NCBI GenBank assembly: GCA_012295275.1
Contig: CM022665.1
Coordinates: 20,212,001-20,276,000 of the forward strand
DNA from: Chrysomallon squamiferum
Taxonomy: Eukaryota > Animalia > Mollusca
DNA: 64,000 nt
Direction of reading: 5' to 3'
The notes under the pieces are model-generated. The model ran no database searches and was not told where the DNA came from. It saw only the letters and a program-made list of their open reading frames with translations. Positions within the stretch are counted from its first letter, which is position 1. Each line of letters begins with the position of its first letter. This document shows positions 14,363 through 27,461 of the stretch, piece by piece. Both the position numbers and the translations under genes were made by a program.

Positions 14363-14977
14363 TATTGTTGTTGTTGTTGTTGTTGTTGTAATTACTATTA
14401 TAATCATTATTACTATTATTACTACTATCCTACCACCACCACTATTACTAGCATTACTATTACTACTACTGCTACTATCACTGCTACTGCTGCTACAACT
14501 ATTACTGCTGCTACAACTATTACTACTACTACTACTACTTGTATTATAATTATTGTTCCTTTTGATGTTACTATTATTACAATTATTATTATTGTTATTG
14601 TTCTTGTTGTTGTTGTTATTAGCAGTACTAATAGTAGTTGTATTATTATTATCATCATCATCATCTGATTATCATCATCATTATTATTTAAAATTCAGAT
14701 GATTTTCAAGGTACACTCTACACGACGATGGTGTTGGTTCCCTTTCTGAAATGCTGGATCTGCCTCTGAATATGTCACATTAAATACAAAATAACTTACT
14801 CAACTAACTGAACTTGAAACAAAGAATGCCAAAGACGATTAAATCTGCACAGATTTAGTAAAGAGACTCTGTATAATCCACCAGGATTAGTTTATATATA
14901 TATATATATATATATGTATATGTATATGTATGTATGTATGTGTGTATGTATGTACACACATACACATATATGTATAC

Positions 14978-15021
<44 letters not shown>

Positions 15022-16189
15022 GTATGTGTATATGTACGTATGTATGGATGTACACACACACATATATGTGTTAATATAATCATCAAAAGTAATAATTATA
15101 AATTCATCATTCACGTTTTACTGCTGTTTCTTATTCAGTTAAGTGTATAAACAGTGTGCTGCGTAATTTTATTTATTTACTTTTTATAATTATATACGTG
15201 TGTGTGTGTATGTGTGTGTGTATGTGTGTGTGTGTGTGTGTGTTATAATGTATGTTTGTCTGTTTTTAATTAAAAAGCATTTTAAACGCCTGTGTATGTT
15301 GATAACATATTCACAGCAAGGTTTAATTACCACGGTAACAAAAGGTCAAATACACTGTTTGTGAAAAATTAATGCGCCGGTCAAAACAATAAAAGAGTGC
15401 CAATAACAGAGAGAGACTTGTCTCAGACTATCCATGAACACGGCTTACAGGCGAACCAGCCAAGTTTACACCCAATAATCATTATACAGCTATTTACAGA
15501 ATTTGTCATGTTTATTGGCAATTATATCTCATATTACGGACTAGACTAGACTCGTCATACGTACCACAGAAAGCGTGCTTTAACCTCAGGGTTGTGCTGT
15601 TTATAACTAACTATACAGTGAACTCTACAGAGTACTTATCTCTGCTGTAAATATTAATTCTCTAACCCGATCAGTTTAATCTGTCAGTTTACGGTTATGT
15701 TACAACATGTACGAATATTTATCAGTAACGCTGTTAAAACACACACACACAGGATAAAGACTAGGTCTGGTGATGATGTATCTACAGTCAAAAATAACAT
15801 AGAGAAATAAAAACTTATATTACACACAAACAGGCACACAGTAACACGCATCTACATACATACATTTTTATACACATACACACATATACATGCATAGCAC
15901 TTAGACACATATATACCATATAAATTTATACATGCATAGATATGAAAATAAATGCATGATATTAATAACTTGTAGAACAAATCGTTTTTTTTCGAAGCAG
16001 TCAGTTAAACGGTGATGTAAAATTATTACTGTTACCAAACAGTCATCTAGTTCATATCACTCGCATGTTGTTACTGGTGCTATTTTATGTATAGTAAAAT
16101 TATATTATTTTTATCTATAATTAAACATAGTATATTATTTGTACATATAATTAAACTGTATTACTTTTTTATATAACAGAACACACTAT

Positions 16190-16650
16190 GTTATACACAT
16201 AACAAAACTATATACATTTTTACAGATAACAAAACTATATTATTTTTGCATATAATAAACTATATTATTTTTGCATATAATAAAACTATATTATTTTTAC
16301 ACAGTAAAACTATATTATTTTTTACATATAGTAAAACTATATTATTTAAACATATAACAAACTATATTATTTTTACACATAATGAAACTATATTGTTTTT
16401 ACACGTAATAAAACTATATTGTTTTTACACAAAATAAAACTATATTGTTTTTACACGTAATAAAACTATATTGTTTTTACACAAAATAAAACTATATTGT
16501 TTTTACACGTTTAAAACTATATTGTTTTTACACGTAATAAAACACACTATATTGTTTTTACACAAAATAAAACTATATTGTTTTTACACATAATAAAACT
16601 ATATTGTTTTTACACGTAATAGAACACACTGTGTTATTTCTGCATATAAT
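16190..16650. repeat. 26-27-bp minisatellite (aaactatattgtttttacacgtaata)
   Basis: Units at 16385, 16411 and onward; more diverged toward the left. Confidence 0.9.
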
Positions 16651-17900
16651 AAAGCAGACTGTTAGTTTTACCTGAAGAATCATCCAGACAGGTGACACGA
16701 AGTTAAACAAGAAACACATCCTTATGACTTAGAGAACTCGTTCATGTCCGACTCCTTCTGAACTCTCCACCATTTTTTATTTATTATTATTATTATTTTA
16801 AATTTTGTCCGTCCTGCAGTGTTATTGTTTTATCAGTTGATCGCTGCGTAACAACGGGACGGAACCAGTGTGGTGATACATGACATTTTCTGAACGCGTT
16901 CAAAAAAAAAAAAAAAAAATTACAGTTTGCTATTGGAGTATTATTCGTGATCAACCACCCGTGTCATTGTTTCTGGATATCTGATAAGTATGTTAGCTTT
17001 GTGCAGCTGATTGCCGGGGTGTAAGGCGCGGGGTAGCGGGGGTGGGGGGTTGTAGGACCGGGATCACAAAATCTAGTAGTTACAACATTGACGACATCAA
17101 ACCCTGGATTACAGTCATGTACTTAAAGTGCCGCTCTCGACTGAAGTATAAACGCTTCATTAGCTGAAACTGTATTTATATTATAAATAAATATAGCCTA
17201 GTGTTTGATGGCGATGCATTAGCATTTATTATTATAATTTATTTACTTACTTTTTAATTTACTCACTTACGTACTAACTTCCGTAGTTATTTACTTATCT
17301 TACGAGAGTAATTATCGCTTCCTACGAAGCACGCCGTTCTTTGTCTTTCGTCATTTTTGTGTGCATCTAATTTTACGGGAAACCTGGCACTGTCAAGTAT
17401 GTAGTTTAGGATTTGATATCTGACTAAATAAATAAATAAATGTATGTATGTATGTATGTATGTATGTATGTATGTATGTATGTATGTATGTATGTATGTA
17501 TGTATGTTTGTATGTTTGTATATCTGTATATCTATGTATGTATGTAGGTAGGTAGGTAGGTAGGTAGGTAGGTAGGCAGGTATGTTTATATGCATGTATA
17601 TAAGATAACAGAGATATCTCGGTGTGACGCCACGTGTCTGCTGACAATAAAAACTAGGAATGTGTTGTAACGGTTTTTTCAATAACACAGCAGACGTTTT
17701 ATTTTCTGAATGATACAGAACTAAACTGCCACGGCAGAGCCGTAGTTGCAGTTTAAATACTTTTTACGGAGTAACGATATCACGCAGACCAGACATCTAC
17801 TCCTGTCATACGACTGAGTACTCGTGTCGTAAGTGTCGTTTCACAGAAATGATGTTCGAGAAAAGAACAGCTGTAGAACACCCACTCAGTTTCCTTTTTC

Positions 17901-17955
<55 letters not shown>

Positions 17956-18766
17956 TAACGTCACAGTACGATTCTAAACTAAAAGCTTTATCTTGGCGCC
18001 ATCCTAAAACATTTAAATTTAGTTATATTAAAAAATAATAATAATAATAATAATAATTATTATAACATCAGTAGTAATAGTAATAGTGGTGGTGGTGGTG
18101 GTAATTTTTTTTTAAAAATGCTGCTTCTAGTATATTTTATGATGTTGCTGTTTCTTTGTAAACAATAAAACATTTTGTTATAAAAGGAAAATAAAACAGT
18201 TAATCGTTTTAGAAAATTACAATTTGTATAATCTTTCAAGTTAATAATTATTAAATTGTGTATCTTACAATTTTGCCATTGATAATAAAAACAATTATTA
18301 TCGTTGTTGTTGTTGTTAATTTTTATTATCATCACCATCATCATAATCATCATCATCATCGTTATTATTATTATTATTATTCGATAGTTAGGGTTTTCCT
18401 ATTAGTTAATAAATACCCAAGACACGAATGTTTTTGATAAACTAACAGGGTATGCGGAATGTGAAGTAACTGAAAAGACGCACTAAGAAGGATCGATCCT
18501 CTGACGTTGATTTAGAAATATCTTGATCGTTTTGTTTATTTTGTTTTACCTGGTACAGGTGAAGATTAGCATTCTTTTGTATCAGGTGAATCTGCAATTA
18601 AACACCTTTTAGTAACATTAATTATCATTAATGATATAATTACCTTTTCACTGAGAATATCACACTTACGTTTGTACGTACAAGAAGATGACGAATGGAA
18701 GAGTGTGAATGTGTGATGAGTTGTTCTGAGTAAAAAAAAAAAATTCTGTTTGATGTTACTCTAAAT

Positions 18767-19920
18767 ATGTCTTTACAACAAGACAACGTCTCTCTTACTG
18801 CTGCTGCGTGTTCCTGTCTCTACGACAACGTCTCTCTGTCTAATACTACGCGTTCCTGGCTTAACAACAACGACAGCCTCGTCACTAGTAAAACCGTGGA
18901 CAACGACATTATCAACATCAACACCCATCCTTTACAAGTGTGGATACGTGCTCTTGTCATCATTATAGTGACGACGTTAATCATCCTCTCCAACATCATC
19001 AACGTGTTCGTGTTGCGACGTGTAGACGGGATTCCGCGGGTAGCTCGGGTGTGTCTTATAAACCTGGGTCTCGCTGATCTGGCTGTGGGAGCCGTCACGT
19101 GCAGTCTGTCTATTCTTCCTGCTTTTCTCGGACAGTGGCCTTACGGGACCATCATGTGTCAAATCTCCAGTGTCGTGCACGGGTCATCGGCTACAGTGTC
19201 CATCTGGACACTGTCCATTATCAGCGTGGACAGATACATCGCACTGGTCAAACCACTGAAGTACCCGCTGTGCGTGTCCATAAAAAGTGTGTTATTCTAA
19301 TTTCCCTCACGTGGATTTTGGCTATCATCATTTTCATAGCGCCTATACCAGTCAAACACACACTAAACTACTACCAGTTCAGTGACGTTGAGATAATGTG
19401 TGGCTTGTACTGGGAGTACCCGCTCTTCGGCATCATCACTATAGCCGTTGTGCACGTTGCATCTGCCGCCGTCATCGTCGGCTGTACAATCAAAATCGCG
19501 GTGTCGATTTGCAAAGTGAACAAAGTGCTGAACACGACGAGAAACGGACCCAAGCCTGTTCTGAGACGTCGTCGTGAACTGAAGGCGGTGAGGACGCTGA
19601 TAACAACAGCGCTGACGTTTTTCCTGTTCTGGGGGCCGTACGTTGTGAGTGTTTTGATGCTGTCGTTTGACAAGACGTCCCGCGTTCCACCTCTCGTTGA
19701 GTTCACGTTTGTGTGGATGGCAAACAGCAACAGCTTCATCAACGTCGTCATCTACTCCTACCTCTACAAGACGTTCAGAATTCAGCTCAGAGTCCTCCTC
19801 GTCCGCGTCTGTCCATGTTGTAGATATTGTGTGCACGTTGACGACGTCGACTCTCAGATAGGACCGGGTGTGCAGGGAACCTATCTCTCTGACAGGCGAG
19901 GGTCAAACGTTCGATACTGA
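18767..19920 (+). CDS. Intronless class A GPCR, paralog of 8132..9241, interrupted by a 1-bp frameshift at 19282-19286 (assembly error or young pseudogene); 384 aa if repaired
   Basis: ORF 18767..19300 encodes TM1-3 (LGLAD, WPYG, ISVDRY). ORF 19099..19920 encodes TM4-7 (MCGLYWEYP, FWGPY, WMANSNSFINVVIY). One extra A in the A5 run joins them as KYPLCVSIKKCVILISLTW, colinear with the paralog's KYPAMITSRKIYFVFVTAW. Confidence 0.92.
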
Positions 19921-19926
19921 GTCTTT

Positions 19927-19980
<54 letters not shown>

Positions 19981-20291
19981 AAGAAATACATAAAACTCAG
20001 ATATACTGTTATAAATTACTTATTAAGTAAATAAATCTCATTCGCGCTCCCACTAAGAGAGATTAACCAGTGTACGTTTTGAAAGCAATTAAATCATAGA
20101 GCATTTTCCGAACAGTCGTTAAATGTAAAATAATTATTATTTAAAATTCATTTCTATTTTCCGTTTGTTGCAAGAAAACACTAAATTAGACAGGATATCT
20201 TGAGCAGTTTTTAAATGTAAAACAATAAAAAAATAAAAATTAAATTATTTTCTGTTCTTCGTTTGTAACAAGTAACTACTAAATTATAGCG

Positions 20292-20326
<35 letters not shown>

Positions 20327-20364
20327 TTGTTACGTTTTACAAAACCATTGACTCATAAGACATA

Positions 20365-20960
20365 CAGTGGTACCTTGACTTGCGAGTTTAATTCGTTCCG
20401 TGACCGAGCTCGTAACTCAATTTGTTCGTATATTAAATCAATTTTCCCAACTGAAATTAATTGAAATACCATTAATCCGTTCCAGCCCCACAATCACTAT
20501 CCCAATTTTTTGTAATGTGTTTTTAAATAAGAAAAATGTATGCATAAATGACAAATATTGTATAAAAAAAAAAAAACTAAATACAAAAGAATGTAAAGAT
20601 ATAAATTGGTTTTAGAAATTTAGAAATCAGTTTAGAAATTATTTTAACGCCTTTGGCTGGAGTTACAGCCTTTATCGACTCCTTCTGCTTCGGTACGGTA
20701 TTTATTATTTAAAATTTATTATTTAAAATATTGTATAAGTACTACGCTCATACTGCCTAGCCATGTTGACTAAACGAACACCTCGCTCATGTTTATCTAT
20801 GATTTCATGCTTTAATTCAATGCACATGATCCGCTTCTTCTTCTCAGCACTCTGCTTTGCACTCGCTTTCTTCGGATCCATGGATTTTGGCAAAATACTG
20901 CATAAAACGCGAGAAAAACACAACAGAGATGCTTCAACGGCGAGGTAACAACGTGAAGCA
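20365..20960 (-). mobile_element. Internally deleted Tigger/pogo (Tc1-mariner superfamily) DNA transposon remnant
   Basis: TA followed by CAGTGGTACCTTGACTTGCGAGTTTAATTCGTTCC, a pogo-type terminus. Minus-strand peptide MDPKKASAKQSAEKKKRIMCIELKHEIIDKHERGVRLVNMARQYERSTYTI matches the CENP-B-type N-terminal HTH of Tigger transposases. No DDE domain or second TIR seen. Confidence 0.88.
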
Positions 20961-21441
20961 AACGAATAAGACCGTGTTATTTTACTGAAAGTGGTTACTG
21001 GGTCAGTACACCATTCTTGTTAAACATTGATCTTACATAAAATTGAACTTGAAACCTTGAATGAAATTACAGAAGCGCTGAAAACTGATCAGTTAAAACA
21101 CCATCTTGTTTTGCAACGTGTACTTAATTCATTTCATTGTCAACACTCATTAAACTGTCGAATTAAGACATGTTAATTAATAACCTCGACATAGACGATT
21201 CAGTCTCGTAAAGCCAGGAAAGAGAAATTTGAGTTTTGTGTTATTTTACCTCTGACCACTGAATAAATAAAATATTTTTCTTAACACTTTTCTCTTTGAA
21301 ATTTAATATCTTACTTATCTACAGACTGATTCAGTATTTATTTATTTATTTATATATGTTTAATTTATTAATCTGATTTCTCAGTTTACACGACATGTAT
21401 CTAAAAAATAAAGATAAATAAATAAATAAATAAATAGATAG

Positions 21442-21480
<39 letters not shown>

Positions 21481-22011
21481 TTCTACCTGATTTACATTTT
21501 CATATCTTAAAATAGAGAAACATTGAAACACTTCACCTTTCTACACTTAAAAAAAAAAAATAAAAAAATAATAATAATCAGAGAAAATCGGATTGCTTTT
21601 AACTGTCAGATCCATTTAGCTTTTTCGAATCACGTGATACTTACTAAGGTTTTGTCTTGCATTTAAAAATAATTTAATGACATTTAAATTATTGACATGT
21701 TAAACAATTAATTACCTTACTAACCCTCCATGTTCAATATGCGCGCGAATCGTTTTTATATACACAAAGTTTTGTTCATCCTTTCATCCTTTTATTTTAT
21801 TTTATTTTGTATGACTTTATTTAATTAAAGATCTGTCTGTGACAGTTATTTTGTTCTCATTCAAGTGATAACTAAATAAATGAAATAAAATAAGAAAACA
21901 AAATATTGTGTTTCGTGTAAGCTTTGTTCACAGAGTATTTCTGTGAACATTGAAATGTATTACTATTGTTATTTTATATTATTATCATCATCATCATCAG
22001 CATCATCGTCA

Positions 22012-22052
<41 letters not shown>

Positions 22053-22240
22053 TATTATTATTATTATTACCATTATTATCAATATTACTATCATTATTAT
22101 TATCATTAATATCTTCATCAGCATCATAATCGTCACCGTCATCGTTATTATTGTTGTTATTGTTGTTGTTTCCATTATTATCAGCATTACTATCATTATT
22201 ATTATCATTAATATCACCAGCATCTTCATCATCATCATCA

Positions 22241-22301
<61 letters not shown>

Positions 22302-22651
22302 GCCATCGTCATCATTGCTGTTGCTCTTATTTTGTTGCTGCCTTACTCATCATCATCATCATCTTCATCATCATCAGTGACCATTGATCATCTTTAGATA
22401 AAACAGCACCAAGCGAGTCACGTAGAATACTGAGAGACAGGCACTAACAGCCTGTCAAGTTTAACTAATGAATTCTTTCAAGTCAGGAATAGATGTGGAC
22501 AGAAATGGTCTGCACTTGTTCTTTTCAATTACATTTGGCTTCGACACGGATTTAAATATATTCTGACGTCACCTCAATAAGCTGAACAGTAATTTCTGCT
22601 TACTTGGCAATATTTTTTACATAATTATTTCTTTTCTGTCTTCTTTTCTTT

Positions 22652-22717
<66 letters not shown>

Positions 22718-23267
22718 CTTATCTAGTATTCTGCGCATCGAAAAGGATTAAAACTGTAACTAACAGTCGTCACGTGATCTCAATACCGTTACAGCACAGC
22801 GAGGTTCAGCCGTAAACTGCTATTATTCTTAGTTGATGGTCGTAAAACCAAGAAAATACTGACTGTCATACAGCGAGGGAAGGCAGCAGAAGACTTCCCT
22901 GTGCGTAATGTTTCCGTCTGCATGCGGGCGTGTTTCTTTGTTTCTGAGATGACAAGCTATATACGTAGTTCTAGGTATTCACAATAGTGTGTTGACACAG
23001 ATAGCATTAAACCAGAAAACAATTACAGCAAGGTTATCGAAGTATTTTAACGTATACTGATGACGTGACGTACGTACGAACGACTGATGTGTTATGCTGA
23101 GATAAAAAAAAAAATATATTTAGTTTTATTTACTAACAACGGTGATTTAGTTTGTGTTAAATGTACAGACACAGTCTGCAGACTAAGGGTTGTCTAGTCT
23201 AGAGAATGTTATAAACAGAACGTTTGATTCGCAGTTTGTAAGCTGACAGTCGTGCGCCGAACGTGTA

Positions 23268-23672
23268 TTAGTGAGCAGAGCAGTTTGCGTGAAATCAGTG
23301 AGTAGTGAGTGAGTAGTTTGTGTGAAATCAGTGAGCAATGAGTGAGTAGTTTGTGTGAAATCAGTGAGCAGTGAATGAGTAGTGAGTGAGTAGTTTGTGT
23401 AAAACGAGTGAGTAGTGAGCAGTTTGTATGACATCAGTGAGTAGTGAGTGAATAGTTTGTGTGAAATCAGTGAGCAGTGAGTGAGTAGTTTGTGTAAAAT
23501 GAGTGAGTAGTGAGCAGTTTGCGTGAAATCTGTGAGTAGTGAGTGAGTAGTTTGTGTGAAATCAGTGAGCAGTGAGTGAGTAGTTTGTGTAAAACGAGTG
23601 AGTAGTGAGCAGTTTGTGTGACATCAGTGAGTGGTGTAATGAGTAGTTTGTGTGAAATCAGTGAGTAGTGAA
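23268..23672. repeat. 33-bp-based minisatellite (agtttgtgtgaaatcagtgagyagtgagtgagt) with variant units
   Basis: About a dozen tandem units; source of the spurious TTHSLLTDFTQ ORFs. Confidence 0.9.
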
Positions 23673-23718
23673 TATATATTAATTCATTGTCATTCATTTC
23701 AACACTTTAAAATGAAAA

Positions 23719-23753
<35 letters not shown>

Positions 23754-25777
23754 TAACTGTTATAAAACATATAAAATGGCTGGTGTCCAGTATTGAATTA
23801 CAGAAAATTCAGTGACTGTTGGTAATTTTATTATTATTATTATTATTATTTGTTTTAATCCGCTGTGAAGCTGTGTAAGTGTTTAGTTAACTGACACGTG
23901 ATAAGAACGTGAAATACGTGCAGACGCTGAGTGAACTAAGACAACTCGTCTTCTGGCGATCTGAACCACTTACACATCGGTCAGCTGAGAGCTGTCTGTA
24001 ATGTGGTTCTGAGTGGACAAAACACTGACGAAACAAATGTAATTAATGAGAATGTTGTTGAAACACAGATGTATAAAAAAAAAACACATCCATTTTCTAA
24101 TAACATCTTATGCCTGGTAAAATAATACAAAATGCTACACATATACAAGATGCAACATATATTATACAAGAAACTACTTATGTTCAAGATACTAGACACA
24201 TACAACATAAAACATATGTACAAGATACTACCTATATACTAGAAAGTATATATACAAGATACAGTAGAAATCACACTTTCTACAAACTTAGTAATAACGT
24301 CACGCTTTCTTATAACTCATAACACAGATGTTTCAGTATGGCATTATCGACATGACGTTGTCGTAGTAGCAGTTCGTTACACGAAATAGGAGACAGCGAA
24401 TTGAAGATAATGAGATTTTTAATGTGTGTGTCAGTTATAGACGTATGTATCGTCCTAACTACATCATTCTTAACATACGAAATTACTAATTACAATTAAT
24501 TAGACATGTAATTAATCATGCTAAATTTGTGAGAGTGCGTGCTTGGATGCGCGCGTGCATGAGTGTGCGCTCTCCTCTTTCTTTCATCTCATTATTTCAT
24601 TCATTCCTTCTTTCTTTCATTTCTTCATTGTCCTGTTCTTCTTTTATTGATTCTTTCTTTTAATCTCATCTGTGTTCCATCTATTTGTACTTTCTTTCCC
24701 TTCTTCCTTCTCTTCCTCTTCTTTCAATCATTCTTTCATTATTTCGTTCTTTCCGTTTTTCTTCTCTCTTTCATTCTCTTTGAAACATTTTTTCCTCTCT
24801 TTATTTCCATCAGTCATATTTTGTATCATCCTTTCTCTGTTTTTCCTTTCTTTCTTTCATTTGTTATATTCTTACTTTCAGTATTTCTTACCTCTCACCT
24901 TCTCTCTCTAATTTACTCCTATTTATCTATTTCCGTCACATAAAGAAAAGTTGTTTGCAAAGCATTATTATACTCTAAGATCAATGCACTTTACGTGTAC
25001 TATAATAATTATTATCTCCTGCAGAATCTATTTCCCATAGCGACACGATAACTTCCTTTTCGCACGTTTTATAATGTGTTTTTTTTTTTATATTAACAAT
25101 ATTTCTAAAACCTTTGATCACATTCCATCTTCCACAGAGCTTTACTTTGAAATTTACATAAGACAAACTAAAGCTAACATTAATTCTGAAGAATATTAAA
25201 TATGTATACGTATACAGCTAGTAGCAATTATGTATAATTATATATAGTATGTCATATGTCACGTAACAGGTTTTCGTATATTTATGGACTTCTTGTTCCT
25301 GGGATTTTGTTCATTTCAGCCAGTCTTTCGGTAACACCTTTGTTTTTGCTGAATAGGTCATTAAAACGTTACACTGATATATATATATGTGTGTGTGTTG
25401 TTTATCTAATTCTATTTATTTACTTAAAATATTTATTTATTTTTTTATTAATTTATTATTTGTTTATTTCTTTGTTTTGTTTATTTATTTATTTGTATGT
25501 CTGTTTGTTTCTCTATTTAATTTAATTTAATTTATTCATTCGTTCATTCATTCATTCATTCATTCATTCATTCATTCATTTATTCACTCATTTAGTTATT
25601 TCTTTATTTCTTTATTTTTATAACAATAATAACAAATATTATAATAAAATATGACGTGAAAGCCGTCTGGATTATAACAAGTAAAACTATTTAGTATCTA
25701 GGCTAACACTGAATATTTCAATGTAAATATCTCGCCAACCTTCCAGAATGATTCTACTAAATTTATAGCAGAAGTAG

Positions 25778-25808
<31 letters not shown>

Positions 25809-26584
25809 ATTCTCTTATTTAAAAGTGTGTTTTACCAATACCTTTCAGTTACTTATTTGTTTTGTTTAGTTGTTTTTTGCTGTTGTCGTTGTTGTCGTTG
25901 TTGTTGTTGTCGTTTGTTTGTTTGTTTGTTTGTTGTTGTTTTTTGTTGCTCTTCTTCTTTTGAGAACATGTCTGTTTCTCGTTTTTCTTTTTTAATATTA
26001 TATTGGTTTATATTTGTTGTTGTTGTTGTTATTATTATTATTATTATTATTATCATCATCATTATTATTTTTTATTAATTCTTCCTTCCTTCCTTTCTTT
26101 CTCTTCTTTCTTTCTTTCTTTCTTTCTTTATTTCTTTCTTTATTTATTTATATTATTATTATTAATGTTTAGCTATTTATTTAAGTTGTTGTTATTTATA
26201 TTTCTTTCTTTTTCCTACTTCTTCTACTTTTTTTTTTTTTTTTTTTTGTTTGTTTGTTTGTTAGATACATGTAATATGTGTTGGTATTTCACATTCATGA
26301 CGATATTTAATCTGCTACATTTAGGTTATCAAAACTCGTCACTTTTGTGATTCTTTTTTATTTGTCTGGACCATCTCCCAGTAGATTTCTTTACAAACCT
26401 CTTTACGAGCTACTTTCATATACTAATTACTTACCACTGAAGGATATCAGTTCTAGTGTTTACAGTGGATGTAAGTAAACACTGCAGAAGATATCCAGTG
26501 TTAAGTAAAAAACCAGGCGTGATAATTAACTAGTAATAAATATAATAATATGTTCTTTTGTTGATATACTGTACATCAGCAGCA

Positions 26585-26627
<43 letters not shown>

Positions 26628-26805
26628 CAACAACAACTACTACTACAGCAATAATAATAATAATGCTCAAGAACAGCAACAACTGCAACAACAACAACCA
26701 GAACTACATCATTAATAATAATGTTGTTCAACAATAACAACAACAACAATAATAATAATAATAATCGTTGTTATTTAATAGTCATAGTATTATTATTATT
26801 ATTAT

Positions 26806-26855
<50 letters not shown>

Positions 26856-27425
26856 CGGTATATATAAATCGATTCAGTTTCGGTGATACGCGAAATTAAT
26901 CAAGGAATTCCGGATAATCAAATGACGTCATACGCGGAGGAAGCAGTCATTGTCATATTTGTTTTCTTTTCTTAGAAAAGAAGTTTTTAAGGTAGGTTAT
27001 TATTATGACTACTACTACTACTACTATTACTACTGTTGTTGTTGTTGTTGTTTGTGTGTCTGTTTTTGTATGCAAGCCTGATTCACATGTAGAAGGAAAA
27101 TGGCATTTTTAAAATTCCATTTTAGACATCCCCAAAAACGTTTCTGACATGACATGTTTGCTGGCAAGATAACGTAATTAGTTTTGTTTAATATTTAATA
27201 TGAAGTTTTAACTCACAAAAATTTCACCTCGGGTTATAAGACTTGCAACGTGCGGTTATGAATAAATAAATATTTACACACTGCATTTCAATGGCAATTA
27301 ATATTTATTAAAATAATAATAATAATAATAATAACAACAACAACAATAATAACAACGACAACAACAGCAATAACAATAACAATAACAAGAATAATAATAG
27401 TGAAAGTAATAGCAATAGTAACAGT

Positions 27426-27461
<36 letters not shown>

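Noticed and set aside
19282-19286. Programmed ribosomal frameshift in the second GPCR
   Set aside because: No canonical X XXY YYZ heptamer in the zero frame or evident stimulatory structure, and the paralog is uninterrupted. An error or mutation is simpler.
23183-23697. Repetitive ORFs and a CRISPR-like look
   Set aside because: Head-to-tail minisatellite with no unique spacers and no cas genes, in eukaryotic DNA.
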